From a virus (Duplodnaviria > Heunggongvirae > Uroviricota > Caudoviricetes), in IMG/VR virus record IMGVR_UViG_2531839202_000008, positions 4,798-68,797 of that record: 64,000 nucleotides of DNA; one strand, 5' to 3'. The notes below the pieces were generated by a model, which saw only the letters and a list, made by a program, of their open reading frames with translations, did not search any database and was not told the origin of the DNA. The position numbers and the translations under genes were made by a program. Positions 1 through 10,000 of this stretch are shown piece by piece; positions within the stretch are counted from its first letter, which is position 1, and each line of letters begins with the position of its first letter.

Positions 1-1
1 G

Positions 2-1300
2 ATGGGCATCACGGTTAGCGGTGGTACCCCGATCCCCATCGGTACGCCATGGTCTCGGTACTCCCCGATCCAGCAGCGCATCGACATCTCGCCGTTCCTA
101 TCACTGGAGTATTTCGAGATCTGGCGCCTACAACCCTCGGTGCGCCGCGTCGTGTCGTTCCTGGCGCGCAACATCGCCCAACTCGGCATCGGGGTATTCG
201 AGCGCCAGTCAGAGGCCGAGCGAGCCAAGGTGTTCGAGCACCCCCTGGCCAAACTGCTGTACCGGCCCAACCCCAAGATGACGCCGTATCGGTTCAAGTC
301 AACGCTCATCCATGATCTGGGCATCTACGACGTTGCCTACTGGCGCAAGCTGCGTGTTGGATCCAAACTGGTTGGCCTCCAGCACCTACCGCCCCGGCTG
401 GTGACCCCGGACAACTACAACTCACCGGGCCTGTCCCCCACCGCTTTCAAGGTGGCCGGTCCCGCTGGCAGTGCCGGTGAAGTCATCCCCGCTGATGACG
501 TGTTCTATGTGCGCGGCTACGGCGGCATCTACGACATCGGCATTTCGCCGTTGGAGTCGCTGCGTCAAATCCTGCGCGAAGAGTGGTCGGCCAGCGACAT
601 GCGCGACCAGATCATGCGCAACGGCGCCCGCATGTCCGGATACCTTTCCCGGCCCAAGGAGGCCCCCGCGTGGACCAAGGAGGCTCGCGCGAAGTTCAAG
701 GAGTCCTGGCGTTCTCAGTACGCGGGGGCCGACGCCAGCCAAGCGGGCGGCACCCCAGTGCTGGAGGACGGCATGACGTTCGTTCAGGCCAGCCAAACCG
801 CAAAAGACTTGCAGTACATCGAGGGCCGCAAGCTCACCGACGAAGAGGTATGCCGGTCCTACTTCATCCCGCCGCCCATGATCGGCATCCTGGACCGGGC
901 CACGTTCGCCAACATCACCGAGCAGCACGCCATGTTGTACCAAGACACCCTCGGCCCTCTGCTCGAACAGATCGAGGACGAGATCGACCTCCAGCTGCTC
1001 CCCGAGCTGGAGCCTGTGACGCCAGAGCGATTCTTCTGCGAGTTCAACCTGCGCGAGAAGCTGACGGGCAATTTCAAGGACCGCGCCGGGATCATGCAGA
1101 CCGCCGTCGGCGGACCCTGGCTAACCATCAATGAGGCACGCGCCCTGGACAATCGGCCACCCGTGGAGGGCGGCGACGACCTGATCAAGCCGCTGAACCT
1201 CACTCAGAACGGCGACCGCAACCCGATACCGGCTGACGACCAGGCCCCGGAGCAACCGGCTGACAACGAAGCCACCGACGAACTCGACGACGACGAGTAA
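2..1300 (+). CDS. Phage A portal protein (5' end outside window)
   Basis: 432-aa ORF open from the window edge, directly upstream of protease and capsid; size and position fit an HK97-type portal. Confidence 0.75.
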   Translation: MGITVSGGTPIPIGTPWSRYSPIQQRIDISPFLSLEYFEIWRLQPSVRRVVSFLARNIAQLGIGVFERQSEAERAKVFEHPLAKLLYRPNPKMTPYRFKSTLIHDLGIYDVAYWRKLRVGSKLVGLQHLPPRLVTPDNYNSPGLSPTAFKVAGPAGSAGEVIPADDVFYVRGYGGIYDIGISPLESLRQILREEWSASDMRDQIMRNGARMSGYLSRPKEAPAWTKEARAKFKESWRSQYAGADASQAGGTPVLEDGMTFVQASQTAKDLQYIEGRKLTDEEVCRSYFIPPPMIGILDRATFANITEQHAMLYQDTLGPLLEQIEDEIDLQLLPELEPVTPERFFCEFNLREKLTGNFKDRAGIMQTAVGGPWLTINEARALDNRPPVEGGDDLIKPLNLTQNGDRNPIPADDQAPEQPADNEATDELDDDE

Positions 1301-1313
1301 GGGAGTACCACCC

Positions 1314-2093
1314 ATGCGCACCAAAATGGCGAACATACAGATCAAGGCCGGACCCGACGACGGGCTCGCTGAAGGTCAGTTCACCGCGTACGCCAGCGTA
1401 TTCAGCAACATCGACAGCTACGGCGACGTGGTAGTCAAGGGCGCATTCGCCAACTCCCTTGCCGAGTGGGCGAAGTCGGGCAGTCCGATACCGCTTCTGT
1501 TCGGGCACAACATGTCCGATCCGGACTACAACATCGGGCACGTCGAGTCCGCGGTGGAGGACGAGCACGGACTGCTCGTTACCGCGCAGATCGACACCTC
1601 CAACCCCAAGGGGTTGCAGGTGTACAAGATGCTCAAGGGCCGCCGCGTCAATCAGATGTCTTTCGCCTACGACATTCTCGACGGCGGCATGGCCGAGCGG
1701 CCCAAGGCCGGTGCGACCGTCGGCGAGGACGGCACCGTGCCCACCGAATCGTTCTACGAGCTGCGCGAACTCAAGCTCTACGAGGTGTCGGTGGTGACCA
1801 TCGGCGCCAACCAGGACACCGAGATCCTTGCCGTCAAGGCACGCGAAATCGCAGCGGACACCAAGGCTGGCCGCGTGCTGTCGGCCAAAAACGAGAGCGA
1901 ACTACGAGACGCACACGAGGCCATCAGCCGTGTGCTCTGCGCTCTCGGCAGCACACCTGACGAGGACAAGGCCAGCGAATCCGGCCCGTCTGAGCCAGCG
2001 CCCGAAGCGGCGCCCGTTCAGGCCAACCGCAAGTCGCCCGTCGCATCCTCGGCGCACAAGTTGATCGAGCTGGAACTAGCCAGCGCGATCTAA
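1314..2093 (+). CDS. Capsid maturation protease (HK97-like, S78 family)
   Basis: SD GGGAG before ATG; LLFGHN motif; sits between portal and capsid. Confidence 0.7.
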   Translation: MRTKMANIQIKAGPDDGLAEGQFTAYASVFSNIDSYGDVVVKGAFANSLAEWAKSGSPIPLLFGHNMSDPDYNIGHVESAVEDEHGLLVTAQIDTSNPKGLQVYKMLKGRRVNQMSFAYDILDGGMAERPKAGATVGEDGTVPTESFYELRELKLYEVSVVTIGANQDTEILAVKAREIAADTKAGRVLSAKNESELRDAHEAISRVLCALGSTPDEDKASESGPSEPAPEAAPVQANRKSPVASSAHKLIELELASAI

Positions 2094-2119
2094 ATCCAAA
2101 GAATCAGAAGGAGATTCAC

Positions 2120-3415
2120 ATGTCTGCACGACTGTTGCAGCTCAAGGAGCGCGCCGACGCGGCACTCAAGACGGCGCGCGACATCGCAGAGAAGGCCGAG
2201 GCCGAAGGCGGCCGCGACTTCAAGGACAACGAGCAGGTCGAGTACAACACCGCCGTGGCGGCCGCCAAGGACATCTTGGAAGCCATCAAGGCGGTCAAGG
2301 CCGATGAGGCAATCTTGGCCGAGGCCAAGACCTTTGCCGACAACATCGGCGTCCCGGAAACCAAGGGCGGCCATGCCGAGCTCAATTTGAGCCTCGGTAC
2401 GACCGTGATCCAGTCGCCGGAGTTCAAGGCGATGATGGATCGATTCAAGACCGGCAACGGCGAGTTCCGCATCCCGGACCGCGCCAAAATCCAGTCCGAC
2501 GCGATCTCGCTCAAGTCGTTGTTCGTGGGTCAGTCCCGCACCAGCGCTGGCGCGTTCATCGTCCCGGACCGCACCGACATTGTGGAGATGCTGGGCCGTC
2601 GGCCGTTGCGTCTGCGCGATCTATGCGCCAAGCGTCGCACCACCTCCGATGTGGTGGAGTACGTGCGCGAGACCAGCCACACCAACAACGCCGCTCCGGT
2701 TCCGGAAGCCAGCAGCGCAGCGGCGCCCACCGCGCCCGGTTCGGCCGGCCCACTGGTGACCGACCCGAACGGCGGCTACAAGCCCGAAGGCTCGTGGGCA
2801 TTCGAGGTCAAGCAGGCCACGGTCAAGACCATCGCCGAGTGGGTGCCGGTCTCCAAGCGGGCACTTGCCGACGTGGCGCAGCTGGAGGGCCTGATCAACG
2901 ATGAGCTCCAGCTCGATATCGCCGAGGCCGAGGACAACCAGTTCCTCAACGGCAACGGCGTGGGTGAGAACCACACCGGCATCCTGAACACCTCCGGCAT
3001 CCAGACGCAGGCGTTCACGACCGACATCTTCACCTCCCTGCGCAAGGCGATCACGAAGCTGCGCACCGTGGGCCGCGTACAGCCGAACGCGATCCTGGTC
3101 TCTCCGGCAGTCAAGGAGCAGATCGAGCTCACCAAGGACGAGATGGGCCGGTACTACTACGCCGGACCGTTCAACACCGGAGTGACCACCTTGTGGGGTC
3201 TGCCGGTCGTCGATTCGGAGATCATGCCCGACACGCACGCACTGCCCGGCGACTTCTCCAAGGCCGTCATCTGGGACCGCGAGCAGACCAGCATCACCAT
3301 GACCGACTCGCACGCGGACTTCTTCATCCGCAACCTGGTGGCGGTGCTGGCCGAGGAGCGCAACGCGTTCGGCGTCACCCGCCCGCCCGCCTTCTGCAAG
3401 ACGGCGGTGGCCTGA
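2120..3415 (+). CDS. Major capsid protein with N-terminal coiled-coil delta/scaffold domain
   Basis: 431 aa; Ala/Lys/Glu-rich N-terminal 100 aa; position after protease; SD AGGAG. Confidence 0.8.
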   Translation: MSARLLQLKERADAALKTARDIAEKAEAEGGRDFKDNEQVEYNTAVAAAKDILEAIKAVKADEAILAEAKTFADNIGVPETKGGHAELNLSLGTTVIQSPEFKAMMDRFKTGNGEFRIPDRAKIQSDAISLKSLFVGQSRTSAGAFIVPDRTDIVEMLGRRPLRLRDLCAKRRTTSDVVEYVRETSHTNNAAPVPEASSAAAPTAPGSAGPLVTDPNGGYKPEGSWAFEVKQATVKTIAEWVPVSKRALADVAQLEGLINDELQLDIAEAEDNQFLNGNGVGENHTGILNTSGIQTQAFTTDIFTSLRKAITKLRTVGRVQPNAILVSPAVKEQIELTKDEMGRYYYAGPFNTGVTTLWGLPVVDSEIMPDTHALPGDFSKAVIWDREQTSITMTDSHADFFIRNLVAVLAEERNAFGVTRPPAFCKTAVA

Positions 3416-3672
3416 TGACTCTGCGCGAGTACGAAGTGGCCACCGGCGACCCCTGGGGCCGCACAACCACCATCCAGCTCTCCGACGAGGACGCCAAGGC
3501 GCGCGGCTTGATCCCGCACACCAAGGCCGACACCAAGGCTGACACCGAGGACGACGCTGGCGACGGCGACAAGGCCGACGGCGGGGATGCTGGCGGCGAG
3601 AAGCAGGCCAAGGCACCGGCCAACAAGGCCGCGCCGAAGGCTCCCGCCCACAAGGGCAGCGCCGAGGCCTAA
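3415..3672 (+). CDS. Hypothetical head-associated protein (acidic, Lys/Ala-rich tail)
   Basis: TGATG overlap with capsid stop; high GC3. Confidence 0.4.
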   Translation: MTLREYEVATGDPWGRTTTIQLSDEDAKARGLIPHTKADTKADTEDDAGDGDKADGGDAGGEKQAKAPANKAAPKAPAHKGSAEA

Positions 3673-4265
3673 TGCCCGAGCTGAACGAGGCTGCCGTCGA
3701 GCAGTACACGCAGGGGCGGCTGGTCGCCGATGATCCGGAGACTGGCCGCCTTCTGCGGGCAGCGCTGGCCGCTGCTCGTGCGTACTGCGGATGGCACGTG
3801 ACGCCGGTCAAGACCGGCGACACGGTGGAGCTTGACGGGCCGGGCGGCAACACGCTGATGCTGCCCACCCTCAAGCTCATCTCGCTCGCCGAGATCCGCG
3901 AACGCAGCGCACGCTACGGCGGGGCCACCGATGAGACGGTCTACTCCCCTGCCCAACTGGAGATCTCACGGCAGGGCATGGTCCGCAAGAGGCCCGGAAT
4001 CGCACCCGGCCCGCCGTGGTGGACGCACGAGCTCGGTGCGTTGAGCGTCACGATGACCCACGGCTTCACCGACGACGAGGCCGCGAACTGGCAAGGCGCC
4101 ATCTTGTCCATGGTTGACCGGGTATCAACCATGATCGGCGGTGGCCCGTTCATCGGCATCGGCCCGTTCCAGTACGGGGCAACTACGTCATCGAGCGCTC
4201 ACTCACAATTCAGCGACGCCGAACGCGCCACGTTCGACCTCTACCGACTCGAGCCCACGCCGTGA
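3672..4265 (+). CDS. Head-to-tail adaptor/connector
   Basis: TAATG coupling; position in head-tail joining block. Confidence 0.45.
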   Translation: MPELNEAAVEQYTQGRLVADDPETGRLLRAALAAARAYCGWHVTPVKTGDTVELDGPGGNTLMLPTLKLISLAEIRERSARYGGATDETVYSPAQLEISRQGMVRKRPGIAPGPPWWTHELGALSVTMTHGFTDDEAANWQGAILSMVDRVSTMIGGGPFIGIGPFQYGATTSSSAHSQFSDAERATFDLYRLEPTP

Positions 4266-4612
4266 CCGAGTGGGTGACGGTCACCCCGCTTGGCGGCAAG
4301 GACCCCATTACCGGCGACCAGCTGCCCGACGGCGCACCGCTGCGCCTGTTGGCCTACGAGGTTGCGCCCGGTAACACGCTGTTGCGGTTCGGGATTGGCG
4401 GCGATCTCGACTCGGTGGAATTCACCACCTACCTGCCGTTGCGCCACCGGGGCGCGGGCGGGGTGTGGACAGCGACCGCAGCCGTGCTGGCCAAGCCCTT
4501 CCGCATCGAGGTACGCGACCGCAAATGCCTTGGCCGCATGCAGGAATGGAACTCACGTGGCCGGGGCGGTATCGCCGTGCTGTGCCACTCCGCGACCGGC
4601 AAGGGCACCTGA
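4262..4612 (+). CDS. Head-tail connector / head closure protein
   Basis: GTGA overlap; synteny. Confidence 0.4.
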   Translation: MTEWVTVTPLGGKDPITGDQLPDGAPLRLLAYEVAPGNTLLRFGIGGDLDSVEFTTYLPLRHRGAGGVWTATAAVLAKPFRIEVRDRKCLGRMQEWNSRGRGGIAVLCHSATGKGT

Positions 4613-5001
4613 TGCGTGTGCAGGCCGCCCCCGCGCCGCTGCTGCGCGCCTGGCTGGCCCCGAAGTTCTCCGGCGTGACCGTCGCCGACGCGGTGCCCGA
4701 CGAATGGACACCCGACGAGGCGCCGGTCATCGTGCTTGCCGACGACGGCGGCCCCGTCGTCGTGGCCTGGTCCGGGCAGATCGTGCGGTCCTATCACGTC
4801 ATTCGCATCACCGCGCGCGGACGAGTCCGTACCGCCGTCGGTGAACTCGCCCGCATAGCGGCGGGCCACCTGTCCACCGCCCGCCTGCCGGGCATCAAGG
4901 TCCACGGCGTCGGCCCGGTACTGGAGTCTCGAGACCCCAAGACCGGGGCGGTGCTCGCCTCCACGCTGGTCAATGTCCAAGCACGAGCCAGGCAGATCTG
5001 A
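4612..5001 (+). CDS. Head-tail joining / tail completion protein
   Basis: ATG overlapping previous stop (TGATG); synteny. Confidence 0.4.
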   Translation: MRVQAAPAPLLRAWLAPKFSGVTVADAVPDEWTPDEAPVIVLADDGGPVVVAWSGQIVRSYHVIRITARGRVRTAVGELARIAAGHLSTARLPGIKVHGVGPVLESRDPKTGAVLASTLVNVQARARQI

Positions 5002-5252
5002 TGGCCAAGAGCCCGACGTTCAAGCTCAACAAGAAGGCCATCGCCGAACTGGCCAAAGGCGCAGCCGCACAGGCCGTTGTCACATCGGTTGCCAACGACA
5101 TCGCGGCCGCGACCGGCATCGAGGCCGAGGTCGTCGAGTACACCACCGACCGCGCTGTGGCTGCGGTCAAGGTCCGCGCGTTCGACCAGGCCGCCGACGG
5201 CGTGCTCTCCCGCGCGGCTGCCAGCGCCGGAATTCACATCGCTACCAAGTAG
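5001..5252 (+). CDS. Hypothetical (tail terminator-like position)
   Basis: TGATG coupling; small Ala-rich protein before major tail gene. Confidence 0.35.
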   Translation: MAKSPTFKLNKKAIAELAKGAAAQAVVTSVANDIAAATGIEAEVVEYTTDRAVAAVKVRAFDQAADGVLSRAAASAGIHIATK

Positions 5253-5267
5253 GCGGCCCAGGACCGC

Positions 5268-5300
5268 AACAAGTTTCACCGACCACCACAGGGGTTGTCG
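5268..5300 (+). terminator. Hairpin (CACCGAC..GTCGGTG) followed by TTTGT, between head block and major tail gene
   Basis: 7-bp inverted repeat seen in sequence; weak U-tract. Confidence 0.3.
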
Positions 5301-5351
5301 GTGTTTGTCCGTGCGCGCCGTCGCCCGGACTCGACAAGAAGGAGAATCACA

Positions 5352-5906
5352 ATGGCCGGCAATGCCGACAACGTGAAGCTGTGGGACGGCGCTGATGTGC
5401 TGATCTACACCGGCACGGACAGTCCGTACGACATCACCTCGCCAGCGACCACCAACAACCTGCCCGCGACGATCACCGACCCGTGGCCCGCACTGTGGAA
5501 GTACGTCGGCCTCCTGCACGGCGACAACGGTTTCGAGAACACCCGCGAGTGGAACGAAACCGACATCACCGCATGGGGTTACGGCGTGGTCAAGGTGGCC
5601 AGCAAGAACCTCAAGGTGGAACGCAAGTTCACCGCCCTGGAGGACAACGAGACCACTACATCACTGATTTGGCCGGGGTCCACGGACACGGCAATCGTGG
5701 TCCCCAAGCCCGCCAGCCGCTTTATCGCGTTCCAGCTGGTTGACGATCTCGGTCACACCACGCGCTACATCTCCAAGCTGCGTTCGCGCATCTGGGCGCC
5801 CAACGCCAACGAAAAGGAAGGCGCCGCAGACGGATACGGGTTCACCGCCCGCATCTTCCCCAATAGCAACAAGGAGCTGTTCGCGCTCCAGAAGTCGGCG
5901 GCATAG
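5352..5906 (+). CDS. Major tail protein
   Basis: SD AAGGAG 7 nt before ATG; 184 aa; upstream of chaperone pair and tape measure. Confidence 0.6.
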   Translation: MAGNADNVKLWDGADVLIYTGTDSPYDITSPATTNNLPATITDPWPALWKYVGLLHGDNGFENTREWNETDITAWGYGVVKVASKNLKVERKFTALEDNETTTSLIWPGSTDTAIVVPKPASRFIAFQLVDDLGHTTRYISKLRSRIWAPNANEKEGAADGYGFTARIFPNSNKELFALQKSAA

Positions 5907-5908
5907 CC

Positions 5909-6169
5909 ATGATCCGAGTGGAGCTGACCAAGGAAACAGAGCATTTCCCCGCTGGCGCGGTCATCGCGGTCGATGAGAACTCAGCCAAGGCGCTCATTGC
6001 CCGCAAGGAGGCCAAGCTCGTTGGCGAGGTCGAGCCCGAGGTGGTCGAATCGGGCGGCGAACGGGCGCGGGCCATCAACGCCGCCGCCAAGGCCGACACC
6101 GAAGCCGAGGCCGAAGGCGAGGACCCGCCGAAGAACGAAGCCCGCAGCACCGCAAAGGGTTCCAAGTAA
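5909..6169 (+). CDS. Hypothetical small acidic protein
   Basis: 86 aa ORF immediately after major tail gene. Confidence 0.4.
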   Translation: MIRVELTKETEHFPAGAVIAVDENSAKALIARKEAKLVGEVEPEVVESGGERARAINAAAKADTEAEAEGEDPPKNEARSTAKGSK

Positions 6170-6180
6170 CCACAGCCGTC

Positions 6181-6216
6181 ACCCCGCGCCGTTTCCCTCG
6201 GCCCGGCGCGGGGTGG
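6181..6216 (+). terminator. Perfect 12-bp inverted repeat CACCCCGCGCCG / CGGCGCGGGGTG
   Basis: seen in sequence; no T-tract (intrinsic terminators in actinobacteria often lack one). Confidence 0.4.
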
Positions 6217-6256
6217 CTTCACCTGTCAATGCCGGGGAGCCGAGGGAGAATCTGAA

Positions 6257-6544
6257 ATGGCAAAGCAGACAACAAGTCCGGCCGAGGCCGAGGCGAAGGG
6301 CATCGAGACTCAGCAGGTCGCCTACGGCGGCCACGCCTACGAAGTGCCTGCCACGGTGGATGATTGGCCGATTGAAGCGCTGGAGGCAGCCGAACGAGGA
6401 CTACCATCCACGCTGCTGCGAAGCGTGCTCGGACCGGCACAGTACGGCGCGTTCAAGGCGCGGCATAACACCGTCAAGGATCTGCGGGCGCTCTCCGACG
6501 CCATCGCCGAAGCGTCCGGATTCACCGCCGCGCTGGGAAACTAG
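6257..6544 (+). CDS. Tail assembly chaperone (G form)
   Basis: SD GGGAGAA; 95 aa; immediately upstream of tape measure; ends just after slippery heptamer. Confidence 0.7.
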   Translation: MAKQTTSPAEAEAKGIETQQVAYGGHAYEVPATVDDWPIEALEAAERGLPSTLLRSVLGPAQYGAFKARHNTVKDLRALSDAIAEASGFTAALGN

Positions 6545-7008
6545 TTGCGCCAGTGATCCGCACAGTGCCTCCGACATGTGTTGCACTGCGCGGGTTTCTG
6601 GCCCTGCTCCGGTTCCACTGCGATCTCGTCGAGGCCGATCTTTCGACGTTCCATCACATCGACTACCGGGACCGCTGGCGTCGAGACTCCGAGGGGATAC
6701 GGCGGCTCACGCTGCGCATGATCCATGTACGCGTGACGCATCTACCCGCCACATCGGCTCTGTCCCTGCACTTTTCCAACGGGAAATCAGCGTGGGACCT
6801 ACACGCTCACCTCATGGCCGACATGGTGACCGCCTGGACCGGACACCAGTACGACCGCAACGGCGAGCAGGCCCACGCGCAGAAGCAAGCCACCGAGCGT
6901 CGGGAGAAACGGCGCGAGTCTGCCCGCAAACGCGCACGAGCGCACAACAGCCGAACGGTGGCCGATGACATCGCCAGAGCCAAACGCAACGCCAGAGGGG
7001 GTCAATGA
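6257..7008 (+). CDS. Tail assembly chaperone G-T fusion via programmed -1 frameshift
   Basis: -1 frame is open from the slip site to 7008; T part ends with ATGA overlap onto tape measure start. Confidence 0.55.
6535..6541 (+). promoter_or_regulatory. Slippery heptamer G GGA AAC (-1 PRF site)
   Basis: canonical X XXY YYZ motif, 3 codons before the G stop. Confidence 0.6.
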
Positions 7009-10000
7009 TGGCCGATAAGACCAACATCGGGTACGCCATGCTCCCGGTGGCGCTGTCTTTCGAGAACATCACCAAGGAGATCGCCAGCAAGCTCGGTATA
7101 CCCCTGAAAGCGGCGGGCGCCAAGGCAGGTGTGGACGCGGGCGCGGCCATCGCCGCTGGTGTCGAGCAGGCCAAGGGCAAGGTGGAATCGTCCAGCGCGA
7201 AAGTCGCCACGGCGTTGAAGAAGATTGAGGACCAAACCGGCAAGGTCAAGGTGGCCGAGGCCCAGCTACAAGCGTTGCGCGACAAGGGTGTCACCGATGC
7301 CGGGCGGCTGGCGGCGGCCGAGGAGAAGGTGGCCGCCGCGCAGCGCAACCTCACGCAGGCCGAGAACGCGCACACCAACGCCACGGGCGCGCTGCGCAAC
7401 GCCCAAGTCAACCTCGCCAAGGCCCAAAAGGATGCCGGGGATGCTGCCGAGGGCGCGGCGGTCAAGTTCGGTCTTCTCTCTCGCGTCAGCGGCGCCACCG
7501 GCAACGCGCTCGGCGCGGCGGCATCGGGTGCGCGCAGCCTAACTGGGAGCTTGGCGGGCGCGGCCGGCCTCGTCGGTGGGGTGGCCGCCGTGACCACCAC
7601 CTTGACCAAGGCGCTCACAGTCGGGTTGGACTACACGCGGTCGATGAACACTATGCGGGCGGTATCGGGCGGCACCGCAGAGCAGATGGCGCAGGTGGGC
7701 GCGCGGGCACGTGAGCTGGGCAACGACATCAGCTTGCCGGGCACCTCGGCCAACGACGCCGCTGCGGCCATGACCGAACTGGCCAAGGGTGGGTTCGATG
7801 TTCAGCAGTCGATGGACGCTGCCAAGGGCACGCTCCAGCTGGCGGCCGCTGCCGGTATCTCCGCCGCCGAGGCCGCCACCATCCAGTCCAACGCCCTGAA
7901 CGCCTTTGGCCTGAGCGCCGACTACGCGGGCAAGATGTCCGACATTCTGGCCAACGCCGCCAACGCCTCCAGTGCCGAGATCACCGATATCGCCTATGGG
8001 CTCCAGGCCGGGTCGGCGGTGGCCAACCAGTTCGGGATCAGCGCCAAGGACACCGCCGCGACGCTGGCGCTGCTGGCCAACAACGGCATCAAGTCCTCCG
8101 ATGCCGGTACGTTGCTCAAGTCCGCGCTGCTGCACCTGGCCGCACCGTCCGATCAGGCATCAGCTGCCCTCGATGCCCTCGGGGTGCAGGCCTACGACGC
8201 CCAAGGCAATTTCGTCGGGCTCGCCGCGCTCATGGGTCAGCTCCAGGAGGCATCCAAGCGGCTGACCCCGCAGATGTTCCAGGAGAACGCCGCCATAGCG
8301 TTCGGCTCAGATGCGGCCCGCCTGGCGGGCATCGGCGCCAAGGAGGGCGCCGACGGGTTCAACAAGATGGCCACGGCCATGGACCGCTCGGGGGCTGCTG
8401 CCGACGTGGCCGCCGCACGCACCAAGGGCCTGCCCGGTGCGGTGGAGCGCATCAGCAATGCGGTCGAGTCGTTCTCGCTGGCGCTCTACGACGTGATCAG
8501 CGGTCCCGCCCAACAGTGGGCCGACCGGCTCGCCGAGGGTATCGGCAAGGCCGAGGACGGATTTAAGGCGGCTGTCCCCTACGTCAAGGACTTCTTCAAG
8601 GAGATCGACCAATCGGGCGTCATCGATCTGGTCAAGGGCGCGTTCTCCACGCTGCTGGCCACCGTTACCGGCGTTGTGACAGCAGGGATCGCGGTCGGGC
8701 GGTTCTTCAACGAGAACAAGGAGCTGGCCGGGGGCCTGGCGGTCATCCTGACCACCCTGCTCGCGCCCGCGCTGGCGGCCATGGCGGTCTCGGCGGCATC
8801 GGCGGCCGCCGCGATGGTGGTCTCGGGTGCGACGACGGCCGGGTACTACGCCCTTGTCGCGGCCACCAAAGCGTGGACGATCGCACAGTGGCTACTCAAC
8901 GCCGCGATGTCGGCCAACCCGATCAGCCTTATTGTCATCGGAATTGCTGCTCTTGCAGCTGGATTGATCTACGCCTACAAGCATTCCGAGACGTTCCGGC
9001 GCATCGTCGATGCGGCCTGGAAAGGCATCAAGGAGGCCGCATCAGCGGTCGTTGATTGGTTCACCAACACGGCGTGGCCTTTCCTGCAACGCGTTTGGGA
9101 AGGAATCGCCGCTGGCTGGCGCGGGCTCGTGGACACCGCCGAAGGGGTATGGACCGGTATCCGCGACAAGTTCAACGCCATGGTCGATTTCTTCTCCAAC
9201 CTGCCATCTGCCATCAAGGAGAAGACAATTGGCATGTGGGACAGCATCAAGGACTCGTTCAAGTCGATGGTGAACGGGCTGATCATGATGTGGAACGCCA
9301 TGGCCGCCAAGCTGACGTTCACCATGCCGGATATCCCCGGTGTCCCGCGTCGCGGCGAGAGCATCCAGCCCATTCCCTCGCTGCCGATGCTGGCCGCTGG
9401 CGGGGTTGCCGGCCGGACCACCGCAGGCCGTCTCTGGGGGCCGGGGACCGGCACCAGCGACTCGATCATCGGCGTTGATACACGCGGGTACCCAACGGCT
9501 TTGGTTTCCACCGATGAGGGTGTGGTCAAGGCCGCGGCGATGCGCGGAAACGGCGCCGCTGTCGTCGCGGCCCTCAATGCCGGATGGTTGCCCTCGGCAG
9601 AGTACCTGCGCGCGATGCTCATTGACGGCGGCCTGCCCCGCTATGCCGAGGGACTGAACCCCGGCGCCGATTTTCTGCGCACCACCATCATGCAGATGTG
9701 GCCCAAGATCACTCGCATTGGTGGCCGCCGCTCCGAAGATGGCTACGGCGAACACAGCACGGGCAACGCCATCGATGTCATGATCCCCGACTACAACTCG
9801 CCCGAGGGCATGGCGCTGGGCAATAGCGTGCTGGCCTTCTTGCAGAAGAACGCCTCCACTCTCGATGTGAACGGGATCATCTGGCGCCAAACCTCATACG
9901 GATACGGCGGTAGCTTCGCCACCGGGACCGGCATGCCCGATCGCGGCACCCCGACTCAGAACCACATGGATCACCTGCATGTGATCCTGGGCAAGGGGCG

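Noticed and set aside
2621-3880. 419-aa reverse ORF antisense to the Phage A capsid gene
   Set aside because: Arg/Pro/Gly-rich translation typical of GC-rich antisense frames. It overlaps a well-supported capsid gene.
6812-7618. 268-aa reverse ORF antisense to the tape measure start; 5973-6968 forward Arg/Pro-rich 331-aa ORF
   Set aside because: Low-complexity Ala/Pro/Arg-rich composition. Both overlap the chaperone and tape measure genes in alternate frames. No SD.
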